NCBI GenBank assembly: GCA_964035545.1
Contig: OZ037769.1
Span: forward strand, 13,918,633 to 13,982,632
Direction: 5' to 3'
DNA from: Bugula neritina
Taxonomy: Eukaryota > Animalia > Bryozoa
Length of the DNA stretch: 64,000 nucleotides
Below the pieces are notes generated by a model. That model did no database searches. It was not told where the DNA came from and saw only the letters and a program-made list of their open reading frames with translations. The translations under genes and the position numbers were made by a program. Of this stretch, positions 18,201-32,514 are shown piece after piece (the stretch's first letter is position 1; each line of letters opens with the position of its first letter).

Positions 18201-21200
18201 CAAACATTCGTAGTTAGGAAAGCAAAGCCAAAATCTGATATATTAACACATAATAATTCTAGCAATGAAGTGAAAGTGCCCTTACTTACTTATCCACTCT
18301 ACAACTGCATTGTGTACATTATTTATAGTATCTGGTTAGATTTTCTTTTAAGTTTGTATAGTCTGTATAATATACCTGTTTGGTTTGTATTCTCTGTTTC
18401 TACAGACTGTATAATATGTAGATTGTATAATCTATAGACTGTATAATCTATAGTGTATAGTCTATAGATTGTATAATCTATAGAATTTATAATCTATAAA
18501 CTGTATAATCTATAGACTGTATAATCTATAGACCGTATAATCTATAGACTGTATAATCTATAGACTGTATAATCTGTAGACTGTATGATCTATAGTGTAT
18601 AACCTATAGACTGTATAATCTGTAGACTGCATAATATATAGACAACATATAGCTGATATACTATCTCTACCTGCAGGAGCTCTGGTGTACGCAGAGCTGG
18701 GAGCTTCTATATCTCAGTCCGGGGGAGAGTGGATTTACCTGCACCTGGCCTTCTCCCCTCTCCACCGCGTGCTTGGGCCTATACCTGCATACCTCTACTC
18801 CTGGACTAACGTGGTCGTTATGAAACCATCTAGTGTGGCCATCATTTGTCTGACCTTCTCTCAGTACATCATGACTCCCTTCTTTGATGCCTGCGGGCCA
18901 CCTGAAATAGTGCTCAAACTACTCACAGTTACCACTATCAGTATGTACTCGCAGTTAGTACTATTTGTATGTACTCATAGCACTATTAGTATGTATACTC
19001 ACAGCTAGTACTATCAGTATGTACTCACCGTTAGTACTATAATAATTATGTACTCACAGAGTCACAGTTACCACTATCAGTGTGTACTCACAGTTACTAC
19101 TATTAGTATAGACTCAGTAATTATTACAAGTATGTATTCACAGTTACGACTATAGGTATGCACTCGATCTACTAACAGTTTCGCCATATATATCTATGAC
19201 ATAATTTAACATTGTGAATGCCCTTCTCATCGTATCACTGATATTCTACCAATAAGATAATAGTATTCTAACGTTATATTACAGGGGAGACAACTTTTCT
19301 TACAATTGAATTATGTTGTGTGACATGATTTCGTCTTTTAGTGTTGTTGGCAGCCATCAACATCTACAGTCCGAAGGCAGGAAATAGAGTGCAGATTCTC
19401 TTCTTCCTGGTGAAGGTCGCAGCCCTTCTCGCTATCATTGTGGGCGGAATTTATCGCATGGCCTTAGGTGAGTAACCTTATTTAAAGTTGGTTATGGAGT
19501 AACATGTTGGGCCCAACATGGGTAACAATGTTTTTCCAGTGTGCTCTGAGTTTAGCATGGAAGGTAATCTGGGGGTTGCCTGTGGATAGATAACAGAGTG
19601 ATTTTAGGGGTAGCCAGAAGTTTGGTAATGGGGTAATTCAGTGGTTTTCTGAGGTAGGGTGTAACAGTACACTACACACTACACAGTCTCTGTAACCTGC
19701 AGTTGAATATTTTGCTAATCTCTTCAAAGTCCACACAACTCCTAATTACACTTGTTGGCTGCTAATATATTGTGCAGATAACAGTTACAGGTTTTCCTGC
19801 ACAGCCTCCACTTTTATTGACATGTGTGATTACTTTTATCAGGCAGGAGTTTATCTATTTAATGCTTGTCCAGCAGCTTTTTTGCCAGAATTTTGGAGTT
19901 ATCCACTCAACTTCTTTTTCTGAAAAAATTCCGAAATAGGCTTCAATATTCCAAAAGTTTAAAAGCCCGTAAAATTATTTTGATTAAATAGCTACAATGA
20001 ATTGATCTACCAGGGCAAGTATTTTTAAATGAATTTAGTCTGCATGTAATCTATTATTTTTAGGTGACACTAAACACGTTAGTTCAGGTTTTCAAGGGAC
20101 GGTCTCGTCTCCTGCCAGAATAGCTAAGGCTTTTTACTCAGGATTGTGGGCTTATGATGGTTGGAATAATCTTAACTATGTCACTGAGGAGATTAAAAAC
20201 CCAAAGAGGTTTGTCAGTTGCTAATAGCAACCAGTGTAACTATTGCCAATTGCCAAGACAGAACATTTTAAAAGCTGCTCTGGAAATGTTTTCTTTATTG
20301 TTAAATTCGAAAATAATTTTGTTACCTTGTTAGGAAGAATAAAATGGTGACCACATTAGTTTCTATTCTTTTGGCCTTATATAGCAATAATGCTTAGTTT
20401 GTGGAACTATTTAATTGCAATTTTAACTCAAACCTAAGAATAAAGTCAAGTGTGAGCTATTAAATATGTCAGGGTAATTAGATTAAAAATGCCAGTGATA
20501 AAGTTTATATTTAAATTGAGATAAAATGAACACTACTTGCATCGGCTGTAAAAAAATGAAACATAGCATAGTTATTTATATATTTTGAATTTTTTCTGAA
20601 GTTCTTTTGTAGACGGTGGTTACAGTTGTATTAGAAATTGTATTTTTTCTTCAGGAACATACCTCTGGCCATCATCATATCCATTCCCTTAGTCACTGTA
20701 ATCTACATCATCACAAACCTGGCTTATTTCTCTGTGCTGTCTCCATCAGCCCTCCTGGCCTCCGACGCTGTTGCTGTTGTGAGTTTACCTTTCTTACCTA
20801 TTGTATTGCAAGTTGTACTGCAGGCTGCATTGTGAGTCAGACTACAGGTTGTACTGTGAGTCGTACTATAGATTGTACTGTGAGTCTTACTATAGGTTGT
20901 ACTGTGGTGAGTCATACTACAGCTTTTATTGTGTGTCATAAAGTGAATTGTACTCTGAGTCATATTGATAACATTTATAACATGTCATATGTTGGATGCA
21001 GATATCCCCATATACTGCACACAGCATACTGAATGGGCAGATAACTTCCTATTATAATTATTTTTCTGAGCTGAATTGAATTATTGCTTTTCTATACTAT
21101 TTTTTAAATTCTGCTCTTGTTTCAAAAATAACCAGAGATGTATGCTAAAATGAGTGTAGATAATATTATATCTGTCTATTGTTGATATTTCTTTCAGTAA

Positions 21201-24200
21201 TTACTCTTGTAGCCTACTAGCACTTTTTTAGATTTTGCCATGCAGAAAAAATAACTAATGTGGTGCTACTAAAACAGTAAAACTGTTTTTTTTTAACACT
21301 AAGAACATAATTGGTGATCATTGTAATATTAATTATTTTAAATCAAATCATCAACTAATATGTTTTAAAAGATTTATTTTCTTGCTAAACTACACATATA
21401 CAGTTTAATAAACAAGCTAGAGTGTTTTTAGGACTGGGCTTTACTTGTACTTCCTTCTGCTGCCGTCGTCATAACAGTCTGTGTAGCTTTCTCTACATTT
21501 GGTGCTGCCAATGGAACTCTTCTCGCTGGTTCCAGGTTGGTAGTTGAGATGATCAGTTGAATATTTTGTAGTTTCTACCTGCTGCTTTTATTATAACTGG
21601 GTTTTTGACTTTAGACTTACAGTATAATATAAAAAACTCATGTTTATAGTCGTCATTACTGTGAGAAACTCCTGATGGAAGGGGTTTTTGTTAAAGCTAA
21701 GGACTTATTCATATGTGACATTGGAGTAATTATGACTGGATGCTCTTCCTAACATCACCAATGACCTTTGTCAGTTCGAACCCATGACTTCACGCTCACT
21801 AAGCAAATGCTCTAACCCCTAGACCACGGCTGCTCCCATTACAGTATATTATAACCTGTTGATAATTATAATATATAGCATGTTTTAACATGCATTATTT
21901 CCTCATCTATATAATCAATAATTATGTGGTAAAACAACTAATATTGGGTAAATAGCAAGTATTTTAATACCAGCATACACTGTGGTCACCTAAATGTTAT
22001 ATATTTATTTGCTACTTCTACAAAAGAAGATATTTTTTCAATTTTGTGCTAGGCACAAGACAACTTTAAATTACAACAATTATAAATTGAGTCGTGTAGT
22101 ATGATTGTTTAAAATTATTGTAATGTACTATTCTTACCAGCGGATTTCTACCTTAGGTTAGTGTACGCTGCTGCCAGGGGCGGCCATCTTGTTTCGCTGC
22201 TCTCCATGATTGACATCAACCACAATAGTCCTTCCTCTTCAGTCGTGCTAACGGTATGTCATTAACTCATATGAAGGTTTGTCACGAGTTGCAAACTCTA
22301 AAAATTTTTATTCGCTCAGTTTCGTTTTTATAAAAAAATTAGTCTAATATAGTAAGAGCTGTATTTAGATATTTTCAAAGTTACGTTATGTTTTACATGT
22401 TTGAAATAATTAATATAGTTTGTTTTTCTCACTGTACATAATTTCGTTTTATCAATAAAACTGCTTCATTTTTTTCCTGTATACATGAAAATCAGGCTCA
22501 GCTGCTTTTATCAAAATAACAGGTTTTTATTGAGAACTTTTTATGCAAAACTATTTTCTGAAATGCGAATAAAGTATAGTCTGAGTTAGTTTTCATTGCT
22601 GTCTGTTTCAGGCTACTATTGCCATCATCATGGTCATCCCAGGAGACATTTTCACTCTCATTGATTTCTTCAGCTTCTCAGCTTGGATATTCTATGGCCT
22701 CACAATGGCTTCTCTTCTCATTCTCAGGTGGAGACAGCCTGACCTTCCGCGACCCTTCAGAGTAGGTCTTTTATACAACTTAGTTTTTAAATCTTATACG
22801 TTTTTAAAGACCTAAAGGCTCACATGTCAGTTGATATGATCAAAACATATTGAGGTTTCATGAAACATCAACTAAATAGCTCTGTAAACAAAACCAAAAG
22901 TTGTGTGCCTAAATATTAAAGTTTATTTCTTTTCTCAACTAATGTTCTTCTCTTTGTATAGAAATAGGAAGGTAGAATGAGTTAAATTTTACTGTGATAG
23001 AGGTAACATTGCTAAATTTCTTTCTGAAAAACATAAATGGATGAACTTATTGAATTGAACTGTGCATATATCTTGTGCACCTGTGAGCATATTTTTATAC
23101 ATGTATATTAGTATATATTAGGTTAGCATACACGTTATACATGTTATGCAATTAAAACAATTTGCTAAATTCATTTTGTAAAATAAATTGATAACCATTC
23201 TAGCATGCCTAAAAACCCATTTATTTTTAGGTAATAATAAAATAATATAATAAGTGTTGAATGCTTAGTATGCTATATATGTATATCCTTGTCTGTGCAC
23301 AATATAATGTATATATTTGTAGTGTCCTATAATAATCCCCATCATAGTGTTGCTGTGCTCCATCTACCTGGTCGTAGCTCCCATCATAGACTCACCTGAC
23401 ATCCTCTATCTGATTGCTACTCTCTTTATGCTGGCTGGACTCATTTTCTACTTCCCTCTTGTTGCTCTCAACAAACATATCAAATCCTTTGGTGAGTGAT
23501 TTATATTATTATATTGTTATTATACTATTAGCATATATGCTATGCCTATTAGCATATATGTTATACCTATTAGCATATATGTTATGCCTATTAGCATATA
23601 TGTTATACCTATTACCATATATGGTATACCTATTAACATATATGTTATACCTATTAGCATATGTACTATGCCTATTAGCATATATGTTATACCTATTACC
23701 ATATATGTTATACCTATTAACATATATGTTATACCTATTAGCATATGTACTATGCCTATTAGCATATATGTTATACCTATTAGCATATTTGTCATACCTA
23801 TTAGCATTATAATTCACAGGTAAATGGTAAAACCAAAAATACTCTTTGTAAGCAATTGGAGTTTTACTTCTCTCTCGGCTGCTCTCTCTCAATAAAAACA
23901 AGCTATAATAAGCCTCCACGCAGACATATTTGTGAATACTGGTAAAATTTATCGTCGAAATTTCAAATATGACTAATAGAAGTTAAAGCTATTAGGCTAC
24001 TCACTCTAAGCTGTTATTTTATTGAATCAGTTACTAAAACTTCACTTCCCAAAAAGCTCCACTGTAGGTAATCAATAGTACTATAAGCTTTAGCTTTTTT
24101 GCCAATTTCAAAAGTGTAGCTCTTTCACTCAGACTATTTTACGCCAGCTTTGGAAATAGCATGCATAAAGTTAGTAAAATTACAACAGGATAGAATTGAC

Positions 24201-24400
24201 TAGCATTCACTACACAGCGACTGATTTAAACCCCAAACTTTAACAGTGTTATTCTAGATATCTTTATTTATGGTGCCAGCTTAGTTTTGAATCTAGTAGA
24301 GATGATAATATGAAGTTGTTTCCCTTTTTCAGATCATGTGACTTTATTCCTTCAAAAGCTGATGCAGATTTCCCCTTCAGACACCGAGCCTGATGACTGA
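15231..24400 (+). CDS. SLC7 L-type/b(0,+) amino acid transporter light chain (SLC7A9-like, about 509 aa)
   Basis: Twelve in-phase exons: 15231-15287, 17659-17782, 17974-18075, 18677-18940, 19342-19467, 20064-20208, 20655-20778, 21432-21535, 22157-22253, 22612-22761, 23323-23491, 24333-24400. Motifs: [29 protein letters not shown], extracellular Cys in [56 protein letters not shown]. Confidence 0.93.
15390..15748. mobile_element. non-autonomous DNA transposon (MITE) in SLC7 intron 1
   Basis: Perfect 17-bp inverted termini TAAAGGCCTGGCCTCAC / GTGAGGCCAGGCCTTTA, including the presumptive TA or TWA target site. Superfamily (Harbinger or Tc1-like) unresolved. Confidence 0.8.
18402..18640. repeat. 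16-bp minisatellite (TAGACTGTATAATCTA)
   Basis: Many tandem copies ending just upstream of the SLC7 exon 4 acceptor. Confidence 0.9.
18920..19165. repeat. about 26-bp minisatellite overlapping the SLC7 exon 4 donor
   Basis: Unit ACTCACAGTTACCACTATCAGTATGT starts inside the exon and is reiterated into the intron. Confidence 0.8.
20812..20925. repeat. 24-bp minisatellite (GTTGTACTGTGAGTCNTACTAYAG)
   Basis: About 4-5 copies shortly after the SLC7 exon 7 donor. Confidence 0.75.
21642..21837 (-). mobile_element. tRNA-derived SINE, family 1
   Basis: Minus strand: GGGAGCAGCCGTGGTCTAGGGGTTAGAGC (box A) ... GGGTTCGAAC (box B), body, tail GACTATAAAC. Flanked by an about 16-bp near-perfect direct repeat TTACAGTATA(A/T)TATAA. 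Confidence 0.85.
23525..23810. repeat. 21-bp minisatellite (ACCTATTAGCATATATGTTAT)
   Basis: About 13 tandem copies in SLC7 intron 11; explains the four overlapping periodic ORFs. Confidence 0.92.
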
Positions 24401-27400
24401 AGATAAAGCAACTAAATTATATTATTCTAGACTTTATTCCTTTGTTTATTTACTGTACAGGCACAGTGCAATGTATTTAAGTATATAATTTGTTTTAAAT
24501 GTCAACTTTACCCAACTCAGTCAATCTAACTACCCCAGATGGGATGTAAATCCATAGGCTCTTGCAATATTAACAACTTTTTTACTTATTTACAATGTTT
24601 TATTTTATATTTTACCTTATTAAAAATGTCAGGCCAACAAAATTGATTTTTGGCATTTTCATAGGTCTAGTATTGTTTTTATCTGTTTAATTAATCGTGT
24701 ACCTATGTTTCATGTTTCTAGACTGGTGTCATTCCTAGAAAAGCTGGGAATAGTCTGTAAACTCTATCAAATGGTTTTCAATTATAAATTATGCAAATTC
24801 TGGCCATGATAATGTTGTCATATAAGAAAACAGGAGTGTTATTGTAAAATTACCCAATGGATAGTTTTCATGGGTGTATTATCACTCTATTCTTCCATTG
24901 CTCTTTGTTTAAAATACAAACTAATATGCTTTGAAAAACAGAAATAAAGTTTTGACTTATAAAAAATTATTTTCAAACACGATTATAAATAAAACCTTGA
25001 AAAATAAAATTCAATATAAAAAGCAGCATAGCCGTTATCTAATACTATTTAAGAATGCCAAAAATCAGCTTCTGTTGTATGCTTTTTAAATTTATTACTT
25101 CAAAAACTATAATATTAATAAGTAGTGGCGGATTTAATTATACATAAGATATCGCTGCTACCTAGCCTACCTGTACTAATTTGGAACTTTCTAAAATATT
25201 TAAAGTCATTATTTGCTCCCCGTTGGCAGCAAGTTCATAGTTCAACTGCAGAGTAGAAAGTGGCAGCGATTCAATTTTTGTTAATTTATTTGAACCATCA
25301 ATGATGTGGCTGGAACCAAGATTTATCGGTAAGTTTGATAAGTGTTTTCTCTGCTCTGCATGGCTTGTTTTGTTTGTTTTTACTTCATCAATAAGAAAAA
25401 AGGTCATTCAAAAGGAGGGAATACTAGTGTCCATATATACTCCCTTCAAACAACTTTTTATCCAATTAATGAACTATTGGTCAACTCAACTTTTGTATTC
25501 ATATCTTCAGCCTATTGTATGGAGTGGAAGATTAAACTTGTGATTTAACTAGGTCACGTTATTTAAGCACACAAGTGGGAATTGGTTCCTTGTAGAACAT
25601 ACATTAGTGTCATGCAATGATAAATGCTTATCGATCATAAGACTTTTGTTTTTATATAAAGTTTGCATTTTAATTCCTACAATATAATTTGATACATAAA
25701 ATTTTGTTCAATAATTGCATTAATTTTTTAACATGACTGCAAAGCTAGAATTGCAAAAATTATGAAACTAAAAGGAAAGAAAAGGAGAGAATCTAATGTA
25801 TAGTCAAAGCATGTACTGTATTTACGTTTATCTTCTAGCTATATGCCTATATATAGCAGCTTGTAATATCAGCATTGTAAATATTTAAGTTGCATCTTGG
25901 CAAGGTTTAATATACCTTTAACTTTTGTATATCCTTATTAGGGGTCTACAACTCACCACCCTCAGTATAAATCAACTTCTGCACAGCTGTTTACTGGCTC
26001 AAAATGTAAAGTAAATCACTTCATATCATGCAGAAGTTTTGAATTATACAGCTGGTTAGGCTTTGTACTGCCAACTGTCAAAAGTCAATTAATCAGCTAT
26101 GAAAATATTTGATAGTGAACTTTTCAGCTTCCGTGACCTAAATAAAATTTTCACTTTGTATGCAGTGATTCTAAACTTTTACAATAATTAATAATGTTGC
26201 TAGTTTTGATAATAATTAGCAATATAAAACTGCTAACAACCATAAATGATTTCCAACTCTGCAATTTTTTAATCGTGACACAATATTACGTTGACTACAT
26301 ATTTTGATTATTGTGCAATATCTAACCATATCATTCAAATTAAATCAGGAGTTGTCTTATTTTGATCAATGAGTACTTCAAAGTTTTATTGAAAACTGAA
26401 AGTATTATCACTTCCGGTCACATGCTCATCTCAGCAGCCATACATTACACCACATTAATTTTGAAGCACCACGCTGATCTATCTTAGTACAAATTGTAAA
26501 CCTATATATTTTAGTCTAATCTTGTTTTAATTCTGTGCTGACCCGATTACCAGCAATAACTCAACTACATTCTTTTATTTTCAATAAAGGTATGAAATTT
26601 AAAGTCTCAAATCAGCAATAATGATAACTATTAGTCTAGCATAAGTAATTTAGTGTTTGTATAGTGATAGTCACAGTCATACTGATAGTCATACGTTGAT
26701 CTCGGGATGGATGAAGTCCAAATGGAATTATCAACTTTGAAATTAAGAAATACTTATTCTTAAGTTTGAAAATAAGTTGATGTAAATAATAGATATTAAA
26801 TTATATTCATTTCATTTCAACTCCCCATAAAGCTTGATAGGCATACGAAATAGAATATCAAAATAAAAATTAATTATTGTAACTGTTGCAGAAACTCATC
26901 ATGATGATGATGGTTGCATAAATTTAAATTGATGATTTTAGAGTGATTATCATTATGAATAATGAAATAGACTTATAGAGTTAAAAATACACTACTTCTT
27001 ACTTGAACCCAAATTGAAATTATTCAAAAATTATGCCATCAGACTCAGTTGTTAGATGATTAACAAATACTTAAATAGATAACACTTAAATTATTAATTT
27101 CTATCGAGTCTTTTGCTGCAACAAGCTATCAACTGTAAAGTTTAACAGCAGTACTGGCCCTTTTGATTTTTGCTGCAGAAGCAAAGTAAATATAAAATAA
27201 CAATTACAATACTAACTTTGAGTTAGTTGGCAATTACCATGATGATGATGATAGTCTGTGTTGATATTTGACAGTTTGTAAACTTAGTAACGATCGTCAA
27301 GTTTTTTGCTCAGCTGTAAGGTTATCTTTAAAGGTATCTTCCAAACCAGTTATGTCAATCAACTGACAATCAACTGAATATATGTACAGCTCAGTCATAA

Positions 27401-27805
27401 TATTCGAAATTTTAAACAGTTCTTGAAGTTGATAAAACCTGAATCCTCCTGATGTATAATTGGCTGAATAAGAGAATTTGAATTGTTAATCAAACAACAA
27501 TAAGAATACTCTGCATGGTTCACACTATTTACAATAGATTTGGATGCTGCGTAGTAAAACCACAAACAGCCTGCTAGAAGTCTTCTTATCTCATCCTAGA
27601 GAAAAAATTTAAATGATAGAAGACTACACTAGCTTGAACTATTACACAACCAAAAATAGTAATTAATAATAATAAAAAGAATAATAATAGTTTTGCCAAG
27701 TAGACACATAATTAAAGCCATAGGCCTTGTTGTAATAAATGTTTCAAAGGTTATATTGTACTATATTTTTTAGGCTTTATAATAGTGACTTCCAATTGTG
27801 AAAAT

Positions 27806-30207
27806 ATGGAAGTGTCGCCATCAAATAGTCAGCAATGCTTAGAGCAAGTGTCGGTCTCCCCCACAAGTAGTTCATCTACCTCTAGCTCTTCTTGGCAATC
27901 ACAATCTCAGTATTTACCACCCATAACTTTACAAACAAGTCTCGTACCCTTTGCTGACTTGACCACTTCCACTACGACAGAGAGCAGGTGTATGACAAAT
28001 GTTCCCTTCACCAGATATCAGCAGCTAAGTATGTCTAACACTTGACTGAAGCTACAAAATATAGTCCTTTAAAACAGTACATCTAAGTATATTATACTGC
28101 AGTAAATAATGCTTACTGATAAATTGTCAACCAAACATGTTTTATTCTATTGTGTTTTCTAGTATTCTTCTGCAAAGTATGTTTGACATTTTATATTTTT
28201 CTGCAATATCAATGTGAGAGTAGTGGTAAAAGCTAAAAAAATGAATTATTTTAGCGTAGATACCATTATATAATTATTAAATCATGAATATATAAAATAT
28301 AGTAATTGCATAATGCTTATTTTTGGCTTTTGCATTATCAATTTTTTTTGTAGTGTTTGCTTCTCATACAAATTATAAATGCATTAAATTCCTTTTTTAA
28401 TCAATAATTATATTTTACATTTAGACAGCAACAGACCCGGTATTGAAAGCAGCTACACTCAAAATACAGTGACCAGTGACACTAACAGGAAGTCGGCCAT
28501 GATGGAGACGACAGCACAGTCTGGTACTCACCCGGCTGACCTCATTAATGCCAGCAGCCGGCTGACGCAGACATGCTGGAGCTCTAACAGGTCTAACATG
28601 TACAGCCTGCCAAGCACCTCAAGCACCTGCTCTGTCTCGGGGAACATGACTGAGAATGTCAGAGTTGACAGCTCATTCCATGTGGCGGAAATTGTTGGCA
28701 AACAAGGTACTTGAACTAAGATATATCATTGTTATATACTCATTTTTATTACAACACCTTATTGCATGATCTTTTTTTTATTCAGTCCTATGTTGTGTTG
28801 AAAAATGTTATGTGTTGGTTTTAATTCAAAAATTGATTTTTTTTTTACTAATTATTTACATTTCAATGGTTTTAATATTATTTTTTTAAAATATATACAC
28901 GTTTGATTAATTTAATACAATTTTTCTGCTCAATTCACATACAATTGTCAAACCTCCTTTTATTCCAGGTGTTAAGATAAAGAAGATCCGAGCGAGCACA
29001 AACACCTGGATAAAGACTCCAGCTCGAGGCCAGGATCCTGTGTTTATTATTTCAGGTAAGGATTGTCACCACTACACACACACCCTTTCCTAAGTATTCC
29101 ATGTGACAATAATTCCTTAAATCAGGTGTCCGGTAATATTATGAAATTGCTAGTAAGAGTTGTCTACCCTCTATATATATATACAAGTTCTTTAACCAAC
29201 TATGCTTACTTGTTTAGTTCTTGTGGTGTTAACAGCTTTTATTTTATTTGAGTACAGCTTTCAAAACCTGTCCAATAGATGAATGAAATATAATATGGTT
29301 TCTTGGAGAATCTCAATGTTTTGGGTTTGCAGCTAAGCACAAGAAAATTTTGCTTCTGTGTGCAGGGGAGACTAGTTTGCCATAAGCTGTGATGATAGAT
29401 TATTGAAGCTGGTGCTGGTTTGCAGGTAGAAGAGAAGGGGTTGAACAGGCTAAGCAGGAGATCCTGGCTGCGGCAGCGAGAGTTGCCAAGCTGAAGGAGA
29501 TGAGGAGTCGTCAGCCCTCTTCCTCGATTGGTTACATAAGCAGCGGGCTGGACCAGAGCTCCAGTACAGAGAAATTTGTCACGCAGATCAAGGTTAGCGT
29601 GCCGCCCTCCGTCGTAGGTCTGATCACTAAGGCTATGATAGCGGAGATCTCTCAGACTACGAGCACGTGCATACGGGCACCGGTGAGTCACAAGCTGCCC
29701 ATCTACGAGATACAGGGAAACCAGTTCAGCGTTATGGAGGCACGAGACAAGATTCTCGCTTTAGTCAAACACATCCTAGACGAAGACTGCATACAGAAGC
29801 TGATGACTAAGTTGCCTATACATGACTCAACGTCAGCCGCTGTCAGCACCACGCCCACACAGCACAACTTCACGCGTCTGCGCTCCTTCTCGCCGCAGAT
29901 GTTGGGTACTATTTCCCCTCTGCACATCAACAGCAGCTCCCAGCAGGTCTACTCGGACCTTCTCTCTCCGTATCCTGTGGTGCCGGGTGCTGTCGATTCC
30001 GCGCTCCCATTGGCTAACGTACCTCACTCCTCCCCTTACCACTCTTCTATCAGTCCTCAGTCAGCACTGCCTCAGCTCATGACCTTCGGCAGCATGCCAC
30101 TCACTCAATACCAGTCACATGACTCGCGCAATTCCACTCCTATAATGTTCTCTCCGTCTCACCCACCAGCAACTGCTGATTCCAGCACTGGCTATAGAAA
30201 CTTTTAA
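27806..30207 (+). CDS. MEX3-like KH-domain RNA-binding protein, divergent (about 457 aa)
   Basis: Exons 27806-28028, 28425-28706, 28969-29055 and 29426-30207 are in phase. KH1 [64 protein letters not shown] matches the MEX3 KH1 consensus. A second, degenerate KH follows, then a Ser/Pro-rich tail. The start codon is uncertain because the frame is open back to the acceptor at 27773. Confidence 0.85.
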
Positions 30208-32514
30208 GACTGAATTGCACGACATTTTGTTATTTTTACCAGTTTCTCATATTTTTTTTCTAGTTTCTCAGATTGCCTGGGAAGGCATCTGCTGTTATGA
30301 CTGTTATTTTTTCTTTATGGCTCAAATCAAAGGACTTTGTGATGACGGAGCGAAACATTATGTTTACATGACAATTACTCATCTATATTATATACCAGAC
30401 ACTCACAAGCTGTGAAGTTCTATCATGTTGAAGTATTTTTTCATTGTTTAACATTTAGTGTGTGTATATGCATTGTAATCACTTCATTTTCTACCATTTA
30501 ATATTTACAGAAAAAACGATTGTCTTTTTAGTTTCTTAAATATAGAAAGCAATAATTATGGCTATGGCATTTTTTAACCTTTATATTTTTATAATTTCAT
30601 ATCATACATGTACAAGGAAGATAAGGTTTTTTTTATTCTTTTATTTTACTCGTATAATTTTTGTTTGGTTTTTTATTATGCTATTCGGTTTGTAGCTTAT
30701 AAATAAACTACTCCTGTTGAATTCAGATGCAGCCGGTATCTTCTGGTACTACTTTAACAGGAAATGTATACACTCCTTTTATTCACACCACGAAGTGGTT
30801 TGGCTTTACTCTCTAAAGGGACACTAAGCAAAGCAATAAACTCAAAAATTATAGAAAAGTAAACAAAAATTGCAGCTCTGAAACTATACAAACTCCAGGC
30901 TGCTAATTTTAATTCCAGGCTTTTTACTATTTACTAAAATTGATAACTGTGTATCTAAGTTAGATTACACAAGCTCTCATAGAGTATTCGGTTTAGGGAA
31001 CACTTCCAAGATTTACCATCTTCAATTTCCTCCTTTCTTACCAAGTTACTTCATGGATTTCACTGCTCACCATATTATGTTATGATTGTACGAGTAGTTT
31101 CAACACACTATTGACATTCTATGGGACAAATCGCGCATGGCCGGCACTAAGTTCAACTACGTCATACTCGGTGGTTAGAATGGTATGGCAAATTAACCAC
31201 ATAATGTAAGGCCACTAATCTCTGATTGTAGCAATAAGAGTGATTCCTCCCAGCTACAATTATTATCAGTTGACTGTCATGCTTGAACGTAGCCACTCGG
31301 TGCACTGGCTTGAGGGCATTTATAATCATTAACTTTCATCATAACTGCATTGACCAGCTAGAAACTAGTTATTGTATATTTATATTCATTTCAGTTGACC
31401 CACTCTATTCATCAATCAGGAGTTACGCAGAAATTTACTCTGGGTGCATGTTAAAAGGTGAGTAGGCTATATTTATGCAGCCCACATTTAGAATTTAAAG
31501 CAATTTAATTGGTATTTATAGCCGTCAGAAAAGAAGAAATGTTAAAAGCCTAAGGTCTTTAATTTTCTTAATATTTTTTGGTAAATAACTTCTTGTACCA
31601 CACCAATTCATATTCTCAGTCCCAGAGACTTTGACTACTACTATAAAGTAGTCCCCCATACTATACATATTAATATACACACCTGAATGCAGAGGTTTGT
31701 GCAGTCGGCACTGAAACCTGTGTTCTAGATCATAAATGCTGCAAAAGAAGTTACATTCTGGTGAAAAATTTACCCCATGCCCCAAACCAAAACTCATGGA
31801 GAAAATAGAAGAGCTTGGGCTAATGAAATTTCTCCTTTGCGGCATCTAAATTCACACTATTTACTGAAATATTCTGTTGCATGAAGCATACCTAACTTGT
31901 AATTTGCTGACGTCAACTTTGCTTATTCTAAGATGTTTCATTCCCAAGTTTTTTACTCCTATCTGCTTTTCTAATTTTCCATGAAGCTCATTACATAGTT
32001 CATTATATTTATAAATTATATAACATGAGAGCAGCAAATACAATAAATTGATTATATAATATAATATTGTCATATAGATTCATCATTGTTGTTATAGGCT
32101 TAGAATAAAACTTAACACCTGAGCAAATTGTAAGTGTGTTAGATTTTGTAAAATAGCATTTCATTGAATAATGTTTATACAGCTTGCATTCATTTGTATG
32201 AAGAAATAAATTGATTGGAAATACATGTCTTGAAGCATGTTTTAGTTAATTTAAGTTCAAATATGCTTTGTTTACAGCTTAGATTTTGGATTATGGATTT
32301 GAATTTGAATTCAGCAAATAGTTATACTAAAATCATCTGCTGAAAATAGTTGTTGCATGCTGCCTACTTTGTTTCAACGTCTTTGCATCAGCAGTTTTGT
32401 ACGCTTGAATAAGTTTTGTTTAGAAAGTTATATTCGTTTGGTGTGGTATTATTGTAAAATAACTTTAGTAGTAGTAGATAGGCCACTGGAGTTCAGAGAA
32501 CTGGGTGAGATGTA

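Noticed and set aside
23414-23919. Four overlapping periodic ORFs ([14 protein letters not shown] and similar)
   Set aside because: Produced by a stop-free 21-bp intronic minisatellite.
31395-31457. Possible upstream coding exon of the SH2 gene
   Set aside because: Good splice sites, but its phase is incompatible with the 33219 acceptor frame; at most a UTR exon.
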